NCBI RefSeq assembly: GCF_000531125.1
Contig: NZ_CBTK010000248.1
Span: 47,770-71,769 of the forward strand
DNA from: Candidatus Contendobacter odensis Run_B_J11
GTDB taxonomy: Bacteria; Pseudomonadota; Gammaproteobacteria; Competibacterales; Competibacteraceae
Length of the DNA: 24,000 nt
Direction of reading: 5' to 3'
Positions 1-7,439 of the stretch are shown piece after piece (the first letter of the stretch is position 1; each line of letters starts with the position of its first letter). The position numbers and the translations under genes are program-made. The notes below the pieces were generated by a model. The model saw only the letters and a program-made list of their open reading frames with translations. It ran no database searches and was not told where the DNA came from.

Positions 1-207
1 CATGATCGGTTCCAGTTGCCGCCAGGTCTGTTCGGCCTGCCGTTTGGAGATCACTTTGGGCAACATGTCACGGATGGCGTCGAGTTCGACCCGGAGATGC
101 TCGGGCGTGGTGGTCGCTTCGATCCGCTCGATCCGACGCGCCGCCGTGGGACCCATGGCGCCCAGCAAAATGGAGCGGATGAAGCCTTTGGCTTTATCGA
201 GATTGAA
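1..207 (-). repeat. Copy 2 (C-proximal) of the 69-aa conserved core of an in-frame 276-bp tandem duplication
   Basis: Encodes FNLDKAKGFIRSILLGAMGPTAARRIERIEATTTPEHLRVELDAIRDMLPKVISKRQAEQTWRQLEPIM. It aligns residue for residue with the copy at 277..483 at roughly 70% amino-acid identity by eye. The DNA period is exactly 276 bp (catgatcggt at 1 and at 277). Confidence 0.8.
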
Positions 208-744
208 GGTGGGTACAGCCGTCGCTACGGGTGTTGTACTCTGAGTGGGGATCGATGCCGGCTGTTCCAGCGGGGGCATGATCGGTGCCAACTGTTGCCA
301 AACCTGTTCGGCCTGCGACTGGGAAAGTACCTTGGACAGAATGTCGCGGATCACCTCGAGTTCGATGCGGAGCTGCTCAGGTGTAGTGGTGGCTTCGACA
401 CACTCGATCCGGTGGGCAGCGGTAGGCCCCATGGCAGCCAGCAGGATGGAGTGAATCAGGCTCTTAGCCTGGTCAAGATCGAATTCGGGTGGCGCAGGTG
501 GAGCCGCCGGATCGGGAGCCGCTGATTTGGACGCAGGGACCGCAATGAATCCACCAGTCGCCAATTGATCCAGCGCGAGTTCGACCTCGCCGAGGGTGGT
601 CAGCCGATTGATCATCTCAGCAGCGGTGGAATGCCCATCCACCATGATCAGCAGCCGGCGCAGGTTGGCTGGCAGTTTATGGATGCGGGTCTGGATTTCC
701 TCAAGCCCCTTGGCAGTTTTGGCGTAAATTTTATTGAGTTGCAT
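1..744 (-). CDS. Hypothetical protein, 3'-partial (open to window edge). It has an N-terminal ~60-aa domain followed by two copies of a 92-aa module.
   Basis: Not in the supplied ORF track, which drops edge-truncated ORFs. My translation of the reverse strand from ATG (complement of 742-744) gives MQLNKIYAKTAKGLEEIQTRIHKLPANLRRLLIMVDGHSTAAEMINRLTTLGEVELALDQLATGGFI..., open for all 248 codons to position 1. A GGAAG Shine-Dalgarno-like motif lies 5 nt upstream. The plus-strand ORFs here (2..244, 16..525, 245..454) are Arg/Gly/Ser-rich antisense shadows. I recognise no family. Confidence 0.6.
   Translation of the reverse strand, partial: MQLNKIYAKTAKGLEEIQTRIHKLPANLRRLLIMVDGHSTAAEMINRLTTLGEVELALDQLATGGFIAVPASKSAAPDPAAPPAPPEFDLDQAKSLIHSILLAAMGPTAAHRIECVEATTTPEQLRIELEVIRDILSKVLSQSQAEQVWQQLAPIMPPLEQPASIPTQSTTPVATAVPTFNLDKAKGFIRSILLGAMGPTAARRIERIEATTTPEHLRVELDAIRDMLPKVISKRQAEQTWRQLEPIM
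277..483 (-). repeat. Copy 1 of the 69-aa conserved core of the 276-bp tandem duplication
   Basis: Encodes FDLDQAKSLIHSILLAAMGPTAAHRIECVEATTTPEQLRIELEVIRDILSKVLSQSQAEQVWQQLAPIM. A Pro/Thr/Ala-rich linker of about 23 aa (208..276) separates the two copies. Confidence 0.8.
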
Positions 745-853
745 ATCGCTTCCATAGAAGGTTGGAAAACGTTGCGGTGAACCGGTTGCGGTCAGGAGAA
801 GGGATGACTCGCAAATTTTTAATGGGTGTCAACATAATTCTAGTTCGAGAGAG

Positions 854-2017
854 GTGATGTTGGCATTTTTCTCCCCGATTCCGCTGGCGTTATACCTCCA
901 CATCCCGTGGTGTGTCCGCAAGTGTCCATACTGCGATTTCAATTCCCATCAGGCGCACAGCCCGTTACCGGAATCGGCTTATGTCGATGCGCTGCTGAGG
1001 GACTTGGAGCAGGATTTACCACGAGTATGGGGGCGGCGGATTAGCAGCCTGTTCATTGGCGGTGGTACCCCCAGCCTGTTCTCCGCCGAGGCGCTGGATC
1101 GGCTGCTGTCGGGCTTGCGTGCCCGCTTGCCGTTGCGCCCGGATCTGGAAATCACCCTGGAAGCCAATCCTGGCACGGTGGAACAAAACCGGTTCGCTGA
1201 ATTTCGTGCCATCGGTATCAACCGGCTGTCCATCGGAGTGCAGAGCTTCAACGACGGACAGTTGCAGCAGTTGGGACGGATTCACGACCGCCGCGCCGCG
1301 TTCGCCGCCGCCGAAGCCGCTCATGCCGCTGGGCTGGAGAACTTCAATCTGGACCTGATGTTCGGCCTGCCAGGACAGACGGTAGACCAAGCCCTGGCCG
1401 ATATTGCCAATGCGGTGGCTTTGCGACCAACCCATCTTTCTTATTATCAGCTCACTATCGAACCAAACACCGCGTTTCACCACGCGCCGCCGGTATTGCC
1501 GGATGATGAAGTGAGCGACGTCATTCAGGATCGGGCGCGAGCGGAACTGGCTCGGCACGGTTATCGGCAATATGAAGTGTCGGCCTATGCCCGCGAAGGT
1601 TGGCGCTGCCAGCACAATTTGAACTACTGGGAATTCGGCGACTATCTGGGCATCGGTGCGGGCGCGCACGGCAAGTTGACGGATCCCGCTGCTGGACAAA
1701 TCCATCGGCTGTGGAAACTGAAACAGCCCCGCGATTATCTGGCGTCTGCCGGAATGCGGGCCGGTATCGGTGGCGACGCGGTGATCGGCGAGGCTGACCT
1801 GCCGGTGGAGTTCCTGATGAACGCGCTGCGGCTGATCGAAGGAGTACCGGCGGCGCTGTTTACCGAGCGCACCGGGTTACCGCTGGCCGCGCTGGAACCG
1901 GCATTAAGCCAATCGCGGGAACGCGGGTTGCTGGAAGTGGACCGCGAACGCTTGCAAGCCACCGACCACGGTCTGCGGTTCCTGAACGATCTGCTGCAAG
2001 GATTCATGTCGGAATAG
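854..2017 (+). CDS. hemW: Radical SAM family haem chaperone HemW (HemN-like, oxygen-independent coproporphyrinogen oxidase-like)
   Basis: The N-terminus LYLHIPWCVRKCPYCDFNS carries the CxxxCxxC radical-SAM motif and closely matches E. coli HemW/YggW (LYIHIPWCVQKCPYCDFNS). The 387-aa length and the HemN C-terminal region are typical. The start could be GTG 854 or ATG 857. Confidence 0.9.
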   Translation: MMLAFFSPIPLALYLHIPWCVRKCPYCDFNSHQAHSPLPESAYVDALLRDLEQDLPRVWGRRISSLFIGGGTPSLFSAEALDRLLSGLRARLPLRPDLEITLEANPGTVEQNRFAEFRAIGINRLSIGVQSFNDGQLQQLGRIHDRRAAFAAAEAAHAAGLENFNLDLMFGLPGQTVDQALADIANAVALRPTHLSYYQLTIEPNTAFHHAPPVLPDDEVSDVIQDRARAELARHGYRQYEVSAYAREGWRCQHNLNYWEFGDYLGIGAGAHGKLTDPAAGQIHRLWKLKQPRDYLASAGMRAGIGGDAVIGEADLPVEFLMNALRLIEGVPAALFTERTGLPLAALEPALSQSRERGLLEVDRERLQATDHGLRFLNDLLQGFMSE

Positions 2018-2100
2018 CGCAATCGGATTGCAGCGAAATGCGCAGATTCATACCAGTCCTGCATGGATTTTATGCCATTAGCCGCTTGATACCCATCGCT

Positions 2101-3186
2101 ATGACCGTTGCCCTTTCCACTTCCAAACTCGCCGAACTCGCTGCCACTATTAAAACGTGGGGGCGGGAATTGGGATTCCAGCAGGTCGGCATCGCTGATC
2201 TTGATCTCGGCGAACCCGAGGCATGGTTATTCGACTGGCTGGCGGCGGGATTTCACGGTGAGATGGAGTACATGGCGCGGCACGGGGTCAAGCGCAGCCG
2301 ACCGGCGGAACTGGTGCCCGGCACGGTTCGGGTGATCGCGGCACGGATGGATTATGGACCACCGGACGCTGCTGAACCGTGGAGTGTGTTGAACCGCCCG
2401 GAACTTGGTTATGTGTCGCGTTATGCACTGGGCCGGGATTATCACAAGGTTTTACGGCAACGCCTGCAACGACTGGCCGAGCGGATTACCGCCGCGATTG
2501 GCCCATTCGGTTATCGGGTATTCGTGGACAGCGCCCCGGTGCTGGAAAAGGCGCTGGCAGCAAAAGCCGGCTTGGGCTGGATTGGCAAACACAGTACGCT
2601 ACTGGACCGAAAAGCGGGTTCGTGGTTTTTCCTTGGCGAGATTTATGTGGATTTGCCGCTGCCGGTGGATGCGCCGGTGACTGCTCATTGCGGGCGCTGC
2701 AACGCCTGTCTGGAGATCTGCCCGACTCAGGCCATCGTCGCGCCGTACCAAGTGGATGCCCGTCGCTGCATTTCCTATCACACCATCGAGTTACACGGGC
2801 CGATTCCGCTGCAATTTCGCCGCGCCATCGGCAACCGGATTTATGGCTGCGACGACTGCCAACTGGTCTGTCCGTGGAACCATTTTGCAACAATGACTGC
2901 CGAGCCGGATTTCCGCGCCCGGCATGGATTGGATGCGCCAGGATTGATTGATCTGTTTGGCTGGGATGAGGCGGAGTTTCTACAGCGGACTGAAGGCAGC
3001 GCCATCCGCCGGATCGGCCATGAACGCTGGTTGCGCAATGTCGCCGTGGCTTTGGGCAACGCACCGCCGGCACCGGCTGTCATTGATGCGTTGCGGATGC
3101 GGCAGGAACATCCTTCCGCACTGGTGCGGGAGCATGTGGAATGGGCGCTGGCGGAAAAGGTCGACAAGTCGCTGGAATTAGTGTGA
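2101..3186 (+). CDS. queG: tRNA epoxyqueuosine(34) reductase QueG
   Basis: WGRELGFQQVGIADLDL...FHGEMEYMARHG parallels the E. coli QueG N-terminus. Two 4Fe-4S motifs are present (CGRCNACLEICP and CDDCQLVCPWN). I prefer ATG 2101 (MTVALSTSKLAELA...) over the track start 2038, because the homology begins there. Confidence 0.9.
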   Translation: MTVALSTSKLAELAATIKTWGRELGFQQVGIADLDLGEPEAWLFDWLAAGFHGEMEYMARHGVKRSRPAELVPGTVRVIAARMDYGPPDAAEPWSVLNRPELGYVSRYALGRDYHKVLRQRLQRLAERITAAIGPFGYRVFVDSAPVLEKALAAKAGLGWIGKHSTLLDRKAGSWFFLGEIYVDLPLPVDAPVTAHCGRCNACLEICPTQAIVAPYQVDARRCISYHTIELHGPIPLQFRRAIGNRIYGCDDCQLVCPWNHFATMTAEPDFRARHGLDAPGLIDLFGWDEAEFLQRTEGSAIRRIGHERWLRNVAVALGNAPPAPAVIDALRMRQEHPSALVREHVEWALAEKVDKSLELV

Positions 3187-3206
3187 GCGAGACGCCTACT
3201 CTGCTT

Positions 3207-4271
3207 TCAATGAGGGTGAGAAATCATAACGACGCCAGACGCTCCCTTGATAGCTTCAATCTTGATCGCAACCGCTTCAGCCACCAGGCGATTTGCTTCT
3301 CGATTCCAATGTTTGTCAAAAGGACCAACATTTAAGCTGAGGCCTGTTTTGCGTAGAAAATCGCGGAATAAGGGTGCAGTGTCGACAATCTCAATGCCAG
3401 TTTGTTGAGCAAGCTGCATGAAGCGATTGCGTACTGGTGCGCCAATAGTTGGCGTCTCGAGCAAATGGTCACGGTCGCTATCGAATACCAGCAATAGGCG
3501 CTCGCCGCTACCGCGCGGCAAGCTGGAGAAAAACCTCTCAACTATCCGATCCACCTTCTCAAGCGGCACATCCTCTGGGCCGTTGGGTCGGTAGGAATTG
3601 ATTTGCGGTAGCGGTACGGTTCGCAGCGGTCGGAGCAGGGCGGCGGGGTCAATCTTGATTTGGGAGAATAGGTATTGCGCCAGCGCCGATTCACGGAGGA
3701 TGCGCTTTGTTAACCCAGCAGGAGGTTGAAGCTCAGTACGAGGTTCGAGCGTATCGGGATCGAGGCAAGGTCCGTGGATATTGCCCGAGCCACAAAGAGT
3801 TTCACGCACATCGCCGCGTTCAATTACGAAGACAAAATCGCGTACACCAAAGTGCTCGCGCGCGAAACGCGCCCGTACCGCATAGTCCAGCAGGCTTGTT
3901 CCTGGTTCACCAAGCGCAAACACAGGTCGTGGTGCCAACTGGGACTGCAATTGCCCACTCAGTCGATCTCCCTCCGCCAGCATGTTGGCCTCGACAAAGC
4001 TGTCGCCAATCAGCGCAACCGCCTGTGGATCAGGCACGAAGTCACGATGGGTTAGAAACCCATAATTATTTGCTCGATGCCGCTGTGCGTTGCGCAAATT
4101 CCAACCGGTCGAGACGATAAATTCATGATAGGGCGGATAATTCAGGATCAGCGGATGGATGTAGTAACCCGTTTTGGTGGATGTTGACACCGGCAGCAGG
4201 CGCAACACCGCTTCAACCGCTAACAGGGCGAGCAGAACGCCGAATAGACTGTGGATCAAAGATCGGATCAT
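3207..4271 (-). CDS. AlgJ/AlgX-like (SGNH-like, DxHW-type) O-acyltransferase partner protein with an N-terminal membrane anchor
   Basis: It has an N-terminal hydrophobic anchor (LFGVLLALLAVEAVL), a GDS block (ALIGDSFVEAN) and a C-terminal FDKHWN motif matching the D-x-H-W signature of AlgJ/AlgX/DHHW proteins. Its start lies 6 nt after the MBOAT stop. The family call rests on motifs only. Confidence 0.6.
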   Translation of the reverse strand: MIRSLIHSLFGVLLALLAVEAVLRLLPVSTSTKTGYYIHPLILNYPPYHEFIVSTGWNLRNAQRHRANNYGFLTHRDFVPDPQAVALIGDSFVEANMLAEGDRLSGQLQSQLAPRPVFALGEPGTSLLDYAVRARFAREHFGVRDFVFVIERGDVRETLCGSGNIHGPCLDPDTLEPRTELQPPAGLTKRILRESALAQYLFSQIKIDPAALLRPLRTVPLPQINSYRPNGPEDVPLEKVDRIVERFFSSLPRGSGERLLLVFDSDRDHLLETPTIGAPVRNRFMQLAQQTGIEIVDTAPLFRDFLRKTGLSLNVGPFDKHWNREANRLVAEAVAIKIEAIKGASGVVMISHPH

Positions 4272-4277
4272 CGTGGT

Positions 4278-5777
4278 TCAAAAATTGAAGTAGATAAAGG
4301 CGCTGGCTGCATCGCGGGCGCTGTTGATGACGACCAGCAATACCCCTAGCGTCAGCGCTGCGCCAATGAGCATCGAGCGCAGAAAAGCATACTTGTGGGA
4401 AAGAATCAGGATGTGTTCGCCGATATGGTTGCTGTTCGGCGCTAAGACCGCGACAGCGCCAAGCCCCGCGCAAAGCAGCAAACCGGTCTGTGGATGTAAG
4501 CCCTGGTTCCACAGCAGTGGATGGATTGCATCGAGCGGTAGCGCAAGTCCTGGCATTGCTATCGCCTCCAATATCCGTAGTGCAGTGCTAAAACTGGTTG
4601 CACGGAAGAAGACCCAAGCGACGATGACCGCCAAAAATGTCAGCGCCCAACCCAAAAATTTGAATAGCGGGTTTGCCATCCATCTGGAGCCGTACATACT
4701 AATAAGCGCATCAAAAGCGTGATTCACTATCAGATAAAACCCATGCAATCCGCCCCAAAACACAAAGGTCCAGTTCGCCCCATGCCAGAGACCACCTAGC
4801 AGCATGGTAATAAGAAGATTGGCGTAGCGGCGGATCGATCCCTTGCGGTTTCCTCCGAGTGGGATATACAGATAGTCGCGCAAGAATGCTGATAACGTCA
4901 TGTGCCATCGACGCCAGAAATCGGTAATGTTTGTTGCCCGATATGGTGAGTTAAAATTGAAAGGTATGCGGATATTGAACATCCACGACAATCCAATAGC
5001 CATATCAGAATAGCCAGAAAAATCAAAATATAACTGAAAGGTATAAGCGAGCGCGCCAATCCAAGCCTCGGTAAAATTTGGCATTACGCCTGTCTCTGCG
5101 GCATTAAACACAGCATCAGCGTAGGGACTAATCCCATCCGCTAGAATGATTTTTTTGAACAGCCCGATGCAGAAAATGGTCAGACCGCCAGCAACATTAG
5201 CCAAGTCGATCCGATAAGTCTTTGATTTTCCGAATTGCGGCATCATTTGAGCGTGATGCAACACCGGGCCTGCGATCAAATGTGGAAAATAGGTGACGAA
5301 TAAGCCGTAATTTATAAAAGCGTAGTCACGCACACCCTTTTGGAAAGTATCGGCCAAAAAGGCAATTTGGGTGAAGGTGAAAAAAGAAATACCAATGGGC
5401 AGGATAACTTTATCGAAGCTCCAGCGCTGGCCGAAAAGCACGTTCAGGTTGTCAACAAGGAAATTCGCGTACTTAAAATAGGCCAGCAGTAAAAGATTTA
5501 CGGTGATGCCGGCGATGAGCCAGCGTCTGGCGATTATTCTACCCCCCGCAATATTGGCTTGTAACACGTTGCTGATGCGTGTTCCCACCCAGAAATTCCA
5601 GCCGACGGAGCTGAATAGCAAAAGAGTAAATTCCGGCATCCAATAGCCATAGAACACGGTCGAAGCTAGGAAAAGCCACGCTGCCGCGCCACTCTCTGAG
5701 CGCCGCCCCAAGGCGAAAAAACCTGCAAACACTACGGGCAGATAAAGGAATGCGAAAAGAGCACTGGTAAAAAGCAT
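4278..5777 (-). CDS. MBOAT family membrane-bound O-acyltransferase (AlgI/PatA/DltB-like)
   Basis: It is polytopic and hydrophobic throughout. Hallmark AlgI-type motifs are present: FWRRWHMTLSAFLRDYLYIPLGGNRKG and LLGGLWHGANWTFVFWGGLHG (the conserved MBOAT His). Confidence 0.9.
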   Translation of the reverse strand: MLFTSALFAFLYLPVVFAGFFALGRRSESGAAAWLFLASTVFYGYWMPEFTLLLFSSVGWNFWVGTRISNVLQANIAGGRIIARRWLIAGITVNLLLLAYFKYANFLVDNLNVLFGQRWSFDKVILPIGISFFTFTQIAFLADTFQKGVRDYAFINYGLFVTYFPHLIAGPVLHHAQMMPQFGKSKTYRIDLANVAGGLTIFCIGLFKKIILADGISPYADAVFNAAETGVMPNFTEAWIGALAYTFQLYFDFSGYSDMAIGLSWMFNIRIPFNFNSPYRATNITDFWRRWHMTLSAFLRDYLYIPLGGNRKGSIRRYANLLITMLLGGLWHGANWTFVFWGGLHGFYLIVNHAFDALISMYGSRWMANPLFKFLGWALTFLAVIVAWVFFRATSFSTALRILEAIAMPGLALPLDAIHPLLWNQGLHPQTGLLLCAGLGAVAVLAPNSNHIGEHILILSHKYAFLRSMLIGAALTLGVLLVVINSARDAASAFIYFNF

Positions 5778-5905
5778 GTGAGTTTAGCAATCAATATGGT
5801 TCGTGATTCTTGGAACGTTCCATCGCCTAACCGGCATTACAGCGTATGCCGGGCTTTTCAGCCCCACGCTCTCTCAAGAGGACGGGGTGCAGGAGACCCC
5901 CCCAT

Positions 5906-7336
5906 TTAATCCTCGTCGCCGATCCGATATTCCTTGAGGCGGCGCTTCAAGGTGGACAGCGGAATCCCCAGCTCGCGGGCGACGGCGGCCTTGTTATTTT
6001 GAGTTCGCGCCAAAGCGTCCAGAATCATCTGCCGCTCCATGTCCTTGAGATGGGTGCGGGCGTCCGCCGTGTTGGTCGCGGTGGTGGCCGGCGCGGCGGG
6101 CTTGGGCGTTGGCGCGGCAGTGAACGCGGGCGCTGGAACCGGCACCGATTCTCCGATCCCTCGTGGTTCCTTGGGCAGCCGCAAATCTTCTGGCTGAATT
6201 TCCCTATCGCCGCACATTACTGCCGCCCGTTCCAGCACGTTGCGCAGTTCCCGCACGTTGCCAGGCCACGCATAGCTCTGCAATGCGCTGATGGCCGCAG
6301 CCGACATCCGGCAATTCAGTTGCAACCGCTGGCACAGATTGCGGGCGATCAGTGGAATATCCTCGCGCATCTCCCGCAACGCTGGCACATCAATCGGTAC
6401 CACCGACAGCCGATAGAACAAGTCAGCGCGGAAGGTGTTGGCCTTGACCATGGCTTCCAGATCGCGGTGGGTAGCGGTAATGACCCGCACATCCACCCGG
6501 ATCGCCTTGTCGGAACCGATTGGCGTTACCTCGCGGGTTTCCAGCACCCGCAGCAGGCGCGGTTGCAAATCCAGCGGCAGTTCACCGATTTCATCAATAA
6601 ACAGCGTGCCGGTGTGCGCCTGACGGAACGCCCCCTCACGTGAACCGGTCGCGCCGGTGAACGCGCCTTTGATGTGGCCGAACAGGTCGTTGCGCACCAT
6701 TTCCGGATCGGCCACCGAGGCGTCGAATACCACCAGCGGTCCGGTTCTGCCGGAAAAGGTATGCAGCGTGCGGGCGACCAATTCCTTGCCGGCGCCGGAT
6801 TCCCCATGCAAATGCACCGTGGTCGGGGTGGGCGCCACCGCTCGGATCAGACCGTACAATTCGCGCATCCGTTCGCTCGATCCCACCAGTTCGCCCAAGT
6901 GATCCTGACGTGGCACCGCCACCTTTCGCTCTTCGGTGTGCTGGCGAATCAGCAAGTGCGAATAACCGAGCCGGCATTCGGCATCCGCCGGCACATAGGC
7001 TTCGGTGATGCGTACATCATTGATGAAGGTGCCATTGGTGGAGCCCAGATCGCGCAGCAGCAATCCGTTCGGGGTCATGTGGATTTCAGCATGCCGCCGC
7101 GAAACCGCACGGTCGGTGAGTACCACATCGTTGTCTGGCGCGGTGCCGATGCGCACGGTGGGTAGACCGAAGCTGGCTTCCAGACCGGCGTCTGGCCCAG
7201 TGATTGCGCGCAGCTCAATCGCTTCAAACTGAACCCGTAACTGGGACTGGGAGGAAGCAACGATGATTTCGGTGCCATCGCTGGCCGGAACGAATGAGGA
7301 CATTTCAACCACCGGAGGAATTGTTGACTTGTTCAT
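5906..7336 (-). CDS. Sigma-54-dependent transcriptional activator (bEBP) with an N-terminal FHA domain and a C-terminal Fis-type HTH
   Basis: FHA signature: RIGTAPDNDVVLTDRAVSRRHAEI...LRDLGSTNGTFIN. AAA+ sigma54-interaction module: Walker A GESGAGKE, the GAFTGA loop (GHIKGAFTGATGSREG), Walker B TLFIDEIGE, and WPGNVRELRN. C-terminal HTH: KAAVARELGIPLSTLKRRLKEY. ATG 7336 has no obvious Shine-Dalgarno sequence, and Met12 (7303) is an alternative start. Confidence 0.9.
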   Translation of the reverse strand: MNKSTIPPVVEMSSFVPASDGTEIIVASSQSQLRVQFEAIELRAITGPDAGLEASFGLPTVRIGTAPDNDVVLTDRAVSRRHAEIHMTPNGLLLRDLGSTNGTFINDVRITEAYVPADAECRLGYSHLLIRQHTEERKVAVPRQDHLGELVGSSERMRELYGLIRAVAPTPTTVHLHGESGAGKELVARTLHTFSGRTGPLVVFDASVADPEMVRNDLFGHIKGAFTGATGSREGAFRQAHTGTLFIDEIGELPLDLQPRLLRVLETREVTPIGSDKAIRVDVRVITATHRDLEAMVKANTFRADLFYRLSVVPIDVPALREMREDIPLIARNLCQRLQLNCRMSAAAISALQSYAWPGNVRELRNVLERAAVMCGDREIQPEDLRLPKEPRGIGESVPVPAPAFTAAPTPKPAAPATTATNTADARTHLKDMERQMILDALARTQNNKAAVARELGIPLSTLKRRLKEYRIGDED

Positions 7337-7439
7337 AGTAGTCTAATTGTCGTCGGCAATGACCTCTTTGCCTAGCAGAACAATCGTGGGGAGGTTGAAT
7401 TGTGAACCGGCAGGATGCCCGTTCGATGCCTGATGGGGA

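Noticed and set aside
2-525. Plus-strand ORFs 2..244, 16..525 and 245..454 at the window start
   Set aside because: They are Arg/Ser/Gly/Cys-rich shadows of the better-supported minus-strand ORF 1..744. Their apparent internal repetition simply mirrors the 276-bp duplication in that gene.
1016-1705. 229-aa minus-strand ORF
   Set aside because: It is antisense to hemW, which is unambiguous from its radical-SAM motif.
5831-5860. 7-bp hairpin CCGGCAT-N8-ATGCCGG followed by GCTTTTC, between the EBP stop and the MBOAT start
   Set aside because: The U-tract is on the plus strand, where nothing is transcribed into it. On the relevant minus strand the hairpin is followed by UUAGGCG, so it is too weak to call a terminator.
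5778-5905. Possible sigma54 promoter upstream of the MBOAT gene (TGGAAC-N5-ATCGC on the plus strand; AGCAA... on the minus strand)
   Set aside because: Neither candidate has the invariant GG-N10-GC spacing with a TTGC -12 element in the correct orientation.
5846-7165. Plus-strand ORFs 5846..6643 and 6674..7165
   Set aside because: They are antisense to the sigma54 activator gene, with no motifs and an Arg/Gly-rich composition.
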